From a virus (Duplodnaviria; Caudoviricetes), in IMG/VR virus record IMGVR_UViG_3300031992_000079, positions 12,269 through 76,268 of that record: a stretch of DNA of 64,000 nucleotides, one strand, 5' to 3'. Shown in pieces: positions 47,942 through 54,441 of the stretch; the stretch's first letter is position 1; every line of letters starts with the position of its first letter. A model generated the notes under the pieces. The model did not search any database and was not told the DNA's origin. It was given only the letters and a program-made list of their open reading frames with translations. A program made the position numbers and the translations under genes.

Positions 47942-48142
47942 ATGGAAGAAAAAATCAAAGAAATGCTAGAGCATATTGAAGAAAATACTAAGTTCCTCTA
48001 TCCTAAGGATGTTTCTAATGAAACACTTAGCCAGAACTTAGTAGGTAGAGGTATCTCCTTTATGCAGAAGCCTAGTAAGCAGACTACAGTAGACCTATGT
48101 ACTCTGGCTTTAGTGTTGTATCTAAGGGCAAAGAATGATTAG
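47942..48142 (+). CDS. Hypothetical protein
   Basis: 66-aa ORF coupled to its neighbours. Confidence 0.55.
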   Translation: MEEKIKEMLEHIEENTKFLYPKDVSNETLSQNLVGRGISFMQKPSKQTTVDLCTLALVLYLRAKND

Positions 48143-48335
48143 AGACCTATTAGCAGGGCTAATTTTAATCAGTTTCTTTGGCTTAATCATATGGGGAGCA
48201 CACCATGAAGCTCCTACAACGATACCAGTAATTAAGCCAATAGAACACAATATAGTTACACATGAGTTAGTCTGTGTAACTGTAAAAAATGATTACTGTT
48301 TCAGGTATGAAGTGAGAAGGATAGTAAAAGAATGA
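48135..48335 (+). CDS. Small single-pass membrane protein
   Basis: 66 aa; N-terminal hydrophobic helix and two C-terminal Cys. Confidence 0.55.
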   Translation: MIRDLLAGLILISFFGLIIWGAHHEAPTTIPVIKPIEHNIVTHELVCVTVKNDYCFRYEVRRIVKE

Positions 48336-48607
48336 GAATCAGCGAATGTTATACAAAGATTAAGAGAACCAAGGATAGTGAAGTGTACAGCTTCACAAAT
48401 AAGAAATTTGTTTGGACTGTACAGATGTTCACTAAGGATTGGACCTTACAGAGAAAGTTCTATAAAGATGGTGATGAAGTGGATGTAGATAGAATACCTG
48501 ATAGGATATTCGCTGCTATGATGCAGAGTGATGAATGGGAATTAAAGAGTCCCATTGAATCCCCAGCTTCTGAGGGTGACATAGTCTCCCTTAAAGAATC
48601 TGAGTGA
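48332..48607 (+). CDS. Hypothetical protein
   Basis: 91 aa; ATGA coupling; last gene of the + strand block. Confidence 0.55.
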   Translation: MRISECYTKIKRTKDSEVYSFTNKKFVWTVQMFTKDWTLQRKFYKDGDEVDVDRIPDRIFAAMMQSDEWELKSPIESPASEGDIVSLKESE

Positions 48608-48862
48608 ATTACGGAGTGCTTGAGTAGTAAAGTCATCATGACCAAAAGCATACTGAGCTAGAAACTCATGTACATGCCTTGTAGTAGTACTAGAGTAATC
48701 CCAGTAGTAGCAAAGTTTCACTTCATTATCTTTAACTGCTGCAACTAGTTCTCCATAAGAATATAAAGCATGTGTAGTTTCATTAAGACTTAATACCTTG
48801 GCTTTACCATAGAAGCTTTTACGAGAAGAGTAGATAGGTTGTAAATAACTAATGTTTTCCAT
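48542..48862 (-). CDS. Hypothetical protein
   Basis: 106 aa; KSFYGKA...LYSY...VA...YS.TT.RH..EF pattern common in phage small proteins; GAGG RBS. Confidence 0.7.
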   Translation of the reverse strand: MENISYLQPIYSSRKSFYGKAKVLSLNETTHALYSYGELVAAVKDNEVKLCYYWDYSSTTTRHVHEFLAQYAFGHDDFTTQALRNSLRFFKGDYVTLRSWGFNGTL

Positions 48863-48897
48863 ATAATACCTCTGTTTGAGAAATGATTCGCATTTTG

Positions 48898-48919
48898 GAC
48901 CCCTTATAGGGGTCTTTTT
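48898..48919 (+). terminator. Intrinsic terminator at the end of the late + strand block
   Basis: GACCCC-TTATA-GGGGTC-TTTTT. Confidence 0.65.
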
Positions 48920-49110
48920 ATTGTTTCAATAATTTCCTTATTAAAGGGCGAAGCCCTTAAATTCATTCTGAAGATGTTAGTCTTCTTATCATGTTCAAAG
49001 CCAGTAAAAGCAATAGTACTGATATGGTCTGGATACTCTATACCCAGAGCTACTTCTATATCATCATCCTTTAACTGGCTTATTGCTTGTTTAAGTTCTT
49101 TAAGCTGCAT
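48904..49110 (-). CDS. Hypothetical protein
   Basis: 68 aa; GGAG RBS. Confidence 0.6.
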   Translation of the reverse strand: MQLKELKQAISQLKDDDIEVALGIEYPDHISTIAFTGFEHDKKTNIFRMNLRASPFNKEIIETIKRPL

Positions 49111-49121
49111 TAATACTCCAT

Positions 49122-49145
49122 AAAAAAGCCCCTTATACAGGGGCT
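49122..49145 (-). terminator. Intrinsic terminator downstream of the tRNA cluster
   Basis: On the - strand: AGCCCC-TGTATAA-GGGGCT-TTTTT. Confidence 0.8.
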
Positions 49146-49175
49146 AAACAGTGGTTACATTAGGAGGATTGAAAA

Positions 49176-49250
49176 TGGTGGTGAGAGTAGGATTCGAACC
49201 TACGACTACTCTTTTTAGGAGTCTACCTTAAGCCACTCAGCCATCTCACC
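49176..49250 (-). tRNA. Atypical tRNA-like gene, anticodon loop CT-AAA-AA (nominal Phe-AAA; possibly a pseudo-tRNA)
   Basis: GGTGAGA/TCTCACC acceptor plus A-CCA; canonical GTAGG-TTCGAAT-CCTAC T arm; class II-like D arm; 4-bp anticodon stem; short variable region. Confidence 0.6.
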
Positions 49251-49254
49251 ATAA

Positions 49255-49329
49255 TGGTGCTGATGATAGGAGTTGAACCTATAACCTACTGTTTACAAGG
49301 CAGTTGCACTACCATTGTGCTACATCAGC
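49255..49329 (-). tRNA. tRNA-Thr(TGT)
   Basis: Full cloverleaf, loop CT-TGT-AA, encoded CCA. Confidence 0.9.
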
Positions 49330-49334
49330 ATAAC

Positions 49335-49410
49335 TGGCGGGGATAGTAGGGATTGAACCTACGACATAGCGATTAACAGTCGCTCGCTCTACCAACTGAG
49401 CTATATCCCC
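49335..49410 (-). tRNA. tRNA-Asn(GTT)
   Basis: Full cloverleaf, AGCGA-CTGTTAA-TCGCT, encoded CCA. Confidence 0.93.
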
Positions 49411-49415
49411 ATAAC

Positions 49416-49443
49416 TGGCAGGGATGTAAGGATTTGAACCTTA
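49416..49443 (-). pseudogene. Orphan tRNA 3' half (T arm + acceptor 3' strand + GCCA)
   Basis: On the - strand: TAAGG-TTCAAAT-CCTTA-CATCCCT-G-CCA. No matching 5' half (AGGGATG) was seen. The TAA is also the HNH stop codon. Confidence 0.75.
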
Positions 49444-49935
49444 ACACTCTCTTAAATTTTGATAATAATTTTCTCTTGTGTACAAGCGATGAATACATGT
49501 TTTTGCTACATTAAACATTTTCGCTAATGCTCTTTGAGAGAGAATATGCTTATTATCAAAAATAAATTTTATGTCTTCTTTTGTTAATTTTCTTTTATTA
49601 CTATTTTTATGGTTATCTAAGTATTTATTTACATTTTCTTTAGGTGTAACCCATTCTAGATTAGAAACTGAACAATTAGTTTTATCCTCATCAATGTGAT
49701 TAACCATTGATAGGTTATTAGGATTTGGAATAAAAGTTTCTGCAACTGCTTTGTGCAATCTTATTGCTTTAGTTTTACCTCTTTGCCCTAATGGTAGATA
49801 TACATATAAATATCCACAATTTTTACGGAAAGACTTTTTATAAACTTTTCCTGTTTTTGTATTAGTTACATTTCCTTCAGTATCAATCAAAAATTGATTA
49901 TATACTTCACCCTCATAAACAAGGGGGAATTGCAT
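49441..49935 (-). mobile_element. Free-standing HNH homing endonuclease (NUMOD4/HNH_3 with C-terminal HTH)
   Basis: LHKAVAETFIPNP....VNHIDEDKTNCSVSNLEWVT.KEN. ATG at 49935; the frame stays open upstream to a GTG at 49998 inside tRNA-Gln. Confidence 0.88.
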
Positions 49936-49937
49936 AA

Positions 49938-50012
49938 TGGCAGGGAGAGATGGAATCGAACCATCCTTACATGAGTCAAAGTCACGTGTAATAACCACTA
50001 TACCATCTCCCT
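49938..50012 (-). tRNA. tRNA-Gln(TTG)
   Basis: Full cloverleaf, CGTGA-CTTTGAC-TCATG, G-CCA end. Confidence 0.88.
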
Positions 50013-50020
50013 AATTAATA

Positions 50021-50094
50021 TGGCAGGCTCTAAAGGAATCGAACCTCTATTCACTGATTTGGAGTCAGTGGTGCTACCATTACACCAAGAGCCT
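50021..50094 (-). tRNA. tRNA-Trp(CCA)
   Basis: Full cloverleaf, ACTGA-CTCCAAA-TCAGT, G-CCA end. Confidence 0.9.
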
Positions 50095-50100
50095 ATAAAA

Positions 50101-50185
50101 TGGTGCCCGTAGAGAGATTCGAACTCACACTGCCTATGGCGAGGGATTTTAAATCCCTTGTGTCTACCAATTCCACCATACGGGC
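50101..50185 (-). tRNA. tRNA-Leu(TAA)
   Basis: 85-nt class II tRNA, AGGGA-TTTAAAA-TCCCT, long variable arm, A-CCA end. Confidence 0.92.
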
Positions 50186-50337
50186 TTAAACTGTTCTAAC
50201 TTTCTTCTAGTATTGTATAAGCGATTATTTCTACACCATACACATGAACCATGATTACGACAGGTTACATCTACTGCTCTTGAATCATGATATGGTTTAC
50301 GGTGTTCTTTACCATGTTCTATTGCTTTTTCTAACAT
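50164..50337 (-). CDS. Small Cys/His-rich protein (57 aa) overlapping the 5' end of tRNA-Leu
   Basis: Not in the ORF track. AGGAG RBS; MLEKAIEHGKEHRKPYHDSRAVDVTCRNHGSCVWCRNNRL..., a motif familiar from small phage proteins. Confidence 0.75.
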   Translation of the reverse strand: MLEKAIEHGKEHRKPYHDSRAVDVTCRNHGSCVWCRNNRLYNTRRKLEQFKPVWWNW

Positions 50338-50350
50338 AGTGTACTCCTAA

Positions 50351-50582
50351 TGGGTGACCTGTCAAATACTTCCAAACGCACAGGTCTGTATGCACTTACA
50401 CCATAGTCCCCTGACCTATAGGGCCCTGGTCTTCCTGAGGACTACCAGACTTTACTGGACTTCCCTTTCGTGAAAAGGAGTACGTGCTACATACTTTTCA
50501 TTGGGGTGTGCATCTGTGGCACCATCTGCTAGCTGACACGTGGCCAGTCGTGGTAATTCAAACCCACTTACACAGATGCACA
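50351..50582 (-). ncRNA. Structured non-coding RNA containing permuted tRNA-like module(s)
   Basis: GC-richer, ORF-free segment between tRNA-Ile2/Met and the small ORF. It has a perfect 12-bp closing helix plus several hairpins whose G-U wobbles all work on the - strand. Confidence 0.6.
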
Positions 50583-50586
50583 AAAC

Positions 50587-50661
50587 TGGTGGCCCCACTA
50601 GGACTCGAACCTAGACTCTTGCAGTTATGAGCTGCTTGCTTCTCCTTTAAGCTATGGGGCC
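50587..50661 (-). tRNA. tRNA-CAT, probably Ile2 (lysidine type) rather than Met
   Basis: Loop CT-CAT-AA; GGCCCCA/TGGGGCC acceptor resembles Ile2 tRNAs. Confidence 0.8.
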
Positions 50662-50768
50662 AAAAGAGTCTTATGCAGACTCCAAAATTATGATTTCAAA
50701 AATCAGGCGAAGATAATCAAGTTTAAGTTAAAAACAAAAACCTGAGGATTGACCTCATCTAGATTGTA

Positions 50769-50930
50769 CTATCTGAATATTCTTTTATCAACACCATAAA
50801 AGACAATAGCACCAAATACCTGTCCTGCTAGTAGATTAAGCCATAGAGGTAAGTATGGTGCTAAACACTGCATAAGAGGGTACATTACTATACCACTGAT
50901 TATCCATCTAATAAGGTATATCCAGAACAT
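50769..50930 (-). CDS. Small two-helix membrane protein (53 aa)
   Basis: Not in the ORF track. MFWIYLIRWIISGIVMYPLM...GQVFGAIVFYGVDKRIFR. Confidence 0.6.
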   Translation of the reverse strand: MFWIYLIRWIISGIVMYPLMQCLAPYLPLWLNLLAGQVFGAIVFYGVDKRIFR

Positions 50931-50941
50931 TCTATATCCAT

Positions 50942-51003
50942 AAAAAAAGGGCCTTTCTCTGGTCCGCTGTACATAGTACTGAAGCGTAGAAAGGCTCGAT
51001 CAC
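50942..51003 (-). ncRNA. Candidate small RNA or long terminator hairpin
   Basis: TATAAT at 51014-51009, then nested stems GCCTTTCT/AGAAAGGC, CGCT/AGCG and GTAC/GTAC, ending in T7. Confidence 0.4.
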
Positions 51004-51017
51004 TTGGTATTATACTA

Positions 51018-51092
51018 TTATTCTGAGCAGAGCAGTAAAAAGATGCAAAGCGGTAGAAACCAAATTAATAGAAAAACCAGTAAGAAAAGCAT
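51018..51092 (-). CDS. Possible 24-aa hydrophobic peptide
   Basis: MLFLLVFLLIWFLPLCIFLLLCSE; weak RBS. Confidence 0.3.
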   Translation of the reverse strand: MLFLLVFLLIWFLPLCIFLLLCSE

Positions 51093-51097
51093 CTACT

Positions 51098-51322
51098 CTA
51101 TTTATCCTTTACTCCTGGATGTAACCAAACCTTTATATACTCATAATCTATAGGTTTTACTCCAACCACATTATACCTACCAAAACCAAGTAGAGCATCA
51201 TCATTCTGCTTTACTGGTTTAGGAAGTAATGTTCTCTCTTCTCCATTACCACTCCAGTCATTCATTACTAATTCTATCTTAGTATTCTCTGTTAGAAACA
51301 GTCTTAACTCTCTGAATTTCAT
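51098..51322 (-). CDS. Hypothetical protein
   Basis: 74-aa ORF with GAGG RBS. Confidence 0.6.
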   Translation of the reverse strand: MKFRELRLFLTENTKIELVMNDWSGNGEERTLLPKPVKQNDDALLGFGRYNVVGVKPIDYEYIKVWLHPGVKDK

Positions 51323-51485
51323 CTTTCACCTCTATTGTAACCAAAGGGCTAGTAGTACCATCTGGTTTCTTCCATTGTAATTCCATTACCCAAGTAGCAT
51401 AGTAATCTGGCTTATCTGAGTAAGAGACACCTTGTTCTTTCTCATAAACCAGTTGCTTAGCATACTCATCAGGGTCATATCTCAT
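51279..51485 (-). CDS. Hypothetical protein
   Basis: 68-aa ORF, ATGA-coupled. Confidence 0.55.
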   Translation of the reverse strand: MRYDPDEYAKQLVYEKEQGVSYSDKPDYYATWVMELQWKKPDGTTSPLVTIEVKDEIQRVKTVSNREY

Positions 51486-51835
51486 TTTGATTCCTTAATA
51501 AGTCTTTCCAGATACCACATAGCTTTCTTTAAATCCTCTGTACCATTCTTATGCTTATACCTCCAGAGATATTTAAGTACATTACCAAGACAGAATGCTT
51601 CTATACCCTTGGCTCCATTACCTTCGGTAATATCTTTAATTACATCAATACATTCATATTTACCATAGGTGTAGTGACTTGGCTTATTTACATTAGCATA
51701 CACCTTGTCATATTCTGTAAGTTCTTTTGTATAGAGTAAATTTGAATTATCTCTTGGTACTATTAATTTGCTTGCTTCAACTTTGCACTCATCATAAGAC
51801 TTTGTCATAATTCTTCTACTCCAAAGGGTAACCAA
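51482..51835 (-). CDS. DUF3310 family protein
   Basis: VNKPSHYT.G..ECID...FCLGNVLKY.WR..HKNG.EDL.KA.WYL.RL. Confidence 0.9.
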   Translation of the reverse strand: MVTLWSRRIMTKSYDECKVEASKLIVPRDNSNLLYTKELTEYDKVYANVNKPSHYTYGKYECIDVIKDITEGNGAKGIEAFCLGNVLKYLWRYKHKNGTEDLKKAMWYLERLIKESK

Positions 51836-52311
51836 TTACCATGTGCATCCTGGTATTCACAATTATCAAACAGCACATTTAAATTGTATCCCCGTCCAAA
51901 GTACACTCTAGGATGTGTTTTTGAATACCCTGTAACACACCTTACTAGAACTTCACCATCTGGTTTATTTCTAATTATTACTGGACTCATTAATGGAAAC
52001 TTATCAATAAACTCTTTTACAGTAAAAGGTCTATACTTCTTTCCCTTAGGTTTTACATTTCTTACAGGAAGAAAGAAAGCATAGTGTACTGGATTATTTT
52101 CTTTTATAGGTCTTGTATAGAATGGATAATCAGAGTTCCAATTAATTTTTTCAAGAAACCCATAGTAGCAATTATCTAAATTGGCAAATGTGCTAAGAGC
52201 ATCAGTAAAGTATCCTTCGAGACCTGTGTATATGTCTTGTTCTGATACATCAACATCAAAGCAAGACCGGATATTATCCTTAGGACGTACTATTCTCTTA
52301 TCATATTCCAT
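51805..52311 (-). CDS. Hypothetical protein
   Basis: 168 aa; GYFTD, KYRPFT and WLPFG motifs typical of gut-phage hypothetical proteins. Confidence 0.7.
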   Translation of the reverse strand: MEYDKRIVRPKDNIRSCFDVDVSEQDIYTGLEGYFTDALSTFANLDNCYYGFLEKINWNSDYPFYTRPIKENNPVHYAFFLPVRNVKPKGKKYRPFTVKEFIDKFPLMSPVIIRNKPDGEVLVRCVTGYSKTHPRVYFGRGYNLNVLFDNCEYQDAHGNWLPFGVEEL

Positions 52312-52314
52312 TTC

Positions 52315-52545
52315 TTATTCCTCATCTTTCACAATGGATACTTCTATGTGTGGATCACCACCATCATTAAAAGGTCCTTGTGCATTAAGACCACTTACTG
52401 TACATTCACCATATTTCTTTAATATGAGATTCCAAATATCATTATTAGAAATGTAATTAGCCTGACCATTAATCCTAATCCAGATACCATAATCTGCCAT
52501 AGGAAGTATGTCATCTAACTGGAGTAAAGTAATCTTATTCTTCAT
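52315..52545 (-). CDS. Hypothetical protein
   Basis: 76-aa ORF. Confidence 0.6.
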   Translation of the reverse strand: MKNKITLLQLDDILPMADYGIWIRINGQANYISNNDIWNLILKKYGECTVSGLNAQGPFNDGGDPHIEVSIVKDEE

Positions 52546-52672
52546 CGTAGAATTTTTCCTCAGGTGTATTAGCAGTTAATCTGCCTACTATAAAACCAAC
52601 AGAAGCAGAAGCAAATAATCCTATAAGAACCAATAGTGAAATTAGGATACTCATATCAAGACTAGATTCCAT
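52535..52672 (-). CDS. Small single-pass membrane protein (45 aa)
   Basis: Not in the ORF track. MESSLDMSILISLLVLIGLFASASVGFIVGRLTANTPEEKFYDEE; GAGG RBS. Confidence 0.6.
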   Translation of the reverse strand: MESSLDMSILISLLVLIGLFASASVGFIVGRLTANTPEEKFYDEE

Positions 52673-52681
52673 TATTTATCC

Positions 52682-53155
52682 TCATTCATTTTTCTCATAC
52701 TCCAAATCATTTATTCTACTAATGAACCAATCAAAATAATAATCAATACTCTTGATTATTTGTTCATTACCATCAAAATCTTTCTTATGAATTTTGTACT
52801 TTACTAGCCATCCTCTTATGTATCCTCTCAATTCAGATAAATCCATAATATCTTCAGGTTTCTCTTCTTTAGTTATTTTCCTATTCACTGCTTCTTCTAG
52901 TGATAGCCCTAGTTCATATAGTCTGTAGTCCATCTGTCTTCTGGATATACCATATGCTCTGCAAATTTCATTCATATTGCTATAGGTATGTCCATTAACA
53001 ACATGTTCCCTAGACCAAGGCTTTTTAGTAAGAGCTTCCTCTATAGAGAGTCCTCTATCCAATCTAGCTGCAACTGTGCTATCTATTACTTTCCATGCTT
53101 TACACATGTCAGAGAAGGATTTATATGTTCTTCCTAAGTGGTCTTTAGCCAGCAT
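52682..53155 (-). CDS. Protein with tandem small HTH-like repeats
   Basis: Two copies of DH.G..Y.S...MC.AW/Y.I......RL..GLS.EEA. Confidence 0.7.
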   Translation of the reverse strand: MLAKDHLGRTYKSFSDMCKAWKVIDSTVAARLDRGLSIEEALTKKPWSREHVVNGHTYSNMNEICRAYGISRRQMDYRLYELGLSLEEAVNRKITKEEKPEDIMDLSELRGYIRGWLVKYKIHKKDFDGNEQIIKSIDYYFDWFISRINDLEYEKNE

Positions 53156-53170
53156 ATCACTCTTTTACTC

Positions 53171-53374
53171 CTATGAAATTAAGCATACCACTTCATCAGC
53201 AGATTCGTCTTCACACTCTTCTTTATTATCTTTTAATTCTCCATAGTCATCATATCCAACAACCATCATGTAGATTGTATGCACATTTCTATAGTCATTT
53301 GCAGTAACAACATCTATATCACCTGTCTGTTCTTTTATCTTCTCAAGGTCTGCAATAAGTTCAGAAATCAGCAT
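53171..53374 (-). CDS. Hypothetical protein
   Basis: 67 aa, acidic. Confidence 0.6.
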   Translation of the reverse strand: MLISELIADLEKIKEQTGDIDVVTANDYRNVHTIYMMVVGYDDYGELKDNKEECEDESADEVVCLIS

Positions 53375-53409
53375 TTGAATCTTCCTCTTCTAATTCATTT
53401 TAGCCATAT

Positions 53410-53432
53410 AAAAAAGCCCCATTTCTGGGGCT
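53410..53432 (-). terminator. Intrinsic terminator
   Basis: AGCCCC-AGAAAT-GGGGCT-TTTTT on the - strand. Confidence 0.75.
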
Positions 53433-53463
53433 TACCTTACTTTGGAGTACAACGATGTGAATC

Positions 53464-54252
53464 CTATATGAGGTTTACAACTGCTATCTTAGCATACTTC
53501 GTAGCTTCATCAATAGCAGCTTGTCTAGATTCTCTATCTACTAAACAATTTACCCATGTTCTGATGTAGTCCAGTATCATCTTCTCCTGTCCTTCACTGG
53601 TTTCAATACCTACTCTATCCATGATTATAGCAGAACCAATACATGCTACTAGTTCTTCCATTGGATAAGGTAGAACTCTGTGGCAAGCATCTATGTTATC
53701 TTTAGACCAATGAACAATTTCATGGATAAGAGTTTCCATGTATCTGGAATAAGTAGCACAGTACTCACTCTTAGGAACATATACTCTGTTCTCATGGGGT
53801 ACATATGATGGCAGAATTAAGCCAGTAATAACTCTTACATCTGGCTTAATGAAATCTGGTTTAAGACCCTGTTCCAACTTGTACTTGGTAAATGGTTCAT
53901 TATCATACCAATGTACAAGACTCATGTTATAGACCTCATAACGCTTAATAATGTTATTACAAGCAAAGGTAATAGTTAAAGCACTTCTAGGGTCTGCTTC
54001 ACCATTGTACTTAGCAATCTGCTTCTCAGTAAGATACCTCAAATCAAGGATATAGTCTTCATCTCCTCTAAGCTCCTGTAACTGAGGCAGATACAGATTC
54101 ATCTGGTTTAATCCTTGATAATTATGCTCAGTACAAGGATTAAATGGTATCATTGCTCTCTTATCAGTAAGTAATGTGGGCTTAATCCAGGTAATAGTAT
54201 TTTCAGGGTCAATGTCATGCAGAGATATGTTGTAAGGGTCGAAAGTTTTCAT
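53464..54252 (-). CDS. ArdC-like protein (ssDNA-binding N-terminal domain + zincin metallopeptidase)
   Basis: N..T.H.YQG.N motif, then Y..TLIHEIVHW (HExxH) and Y..EELVA.IGSA. Confidence 0.75.
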   Translation of the reverse strand: MKTFDPYNISLHDIDPENTITWIKPTLLTDKRAMIPFNPCTEHNYQGLNQMNLYLPQLQELRGDEDYILDLRYLTEKQIAKYNGEADPRSALTITFACNNIIKRYEVYNMSLVHWYDNEPFTKYKLEQGLKPDFIKPDVRVITGLILPSYVPHENRVYVPKSEYCATYSRYMETLIHEIVHWSKDNIDACHRVLPYPMEELVACIGSAIIMDRVGIETSEGQEKMILDYIRTWVNCLVDRESRQAAIDEATKYAKIAVVNLI

Positions 54253-54264
54253 GTTGTATTCCTA

Positions 54265-54426
54265 TTATTTAACTACTGAACAATGATGAGCATCTGTGCA
54301 TTTGATGTAATAAATTACTTCGTTATCTTCTACACTATGAAACAGAATAAATAAAAAGGTTAGAAGAACACACATTACAAAGAAGCCAGTATCACTAAAC
54401 AGGCATCTAAAAATCTTACTAATCAT
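54265..54426 (-). CDS. Small membrane protein (53 aa)
   Basis: Not in the ORF track. MISKIFRCLFSDTGFFVMCVLLTFLFILFH...CTDAHHC; GGAG RBS. Confidence 0.6.
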   Translation of the reverse strand: MISKIFRCLFSDTGFFVMCVLLTFLFILFHSVEDNEVIYYIKCTDAHHCSVVK

Positions 54427-54441
54427 TCGTTACTCCAAAAT

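Noticed and set aside
48944-48959. AAGGGC-GAA-GCCCTT hairpin as a fifth hairpin promoter
   Set aside because: Good stem, but it lies inside a CDS and lacks the TCAC start context; left as uncertain.
49416-50012. Group I intron carrying an HNH inside a tRNA
   Set aside because: The ORF fills the whole space between a complete tRNA and the orphan half. There is no room for P3-P7 core elements and no 5' exon.
50404-50450. HDV-like/theta ribozyme topology
   Set aside because: The nested pairing is possible, but the L3/P1.1 consensus and a convincing catalytic J4/2 are missing, and it is not directly 3' of a tRNA.
50455-50472. RNase P-like GGGAAGTCC motif on the - strand
   Set aside because: The P4 partner (CTGGCTT-like) and other conserved regions are absent.
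50425-50476. Hammerhead-like CTGAGGA...GAAA on the + strand
   Set aside because: Stem II is not closed by an R-Y pair, no stem I/III with an NUH site was found, and the wobble pattern favours the - strand.
50704-50740. Bacteroidota-type promoter (TTTG-19-TATCTTCG) upstream of the tRNA cluster
   Set aside because: Single imperfect match; the pervasive GGAG Shine-Dalgarno sites and TTGACA boxes argue against such a host.
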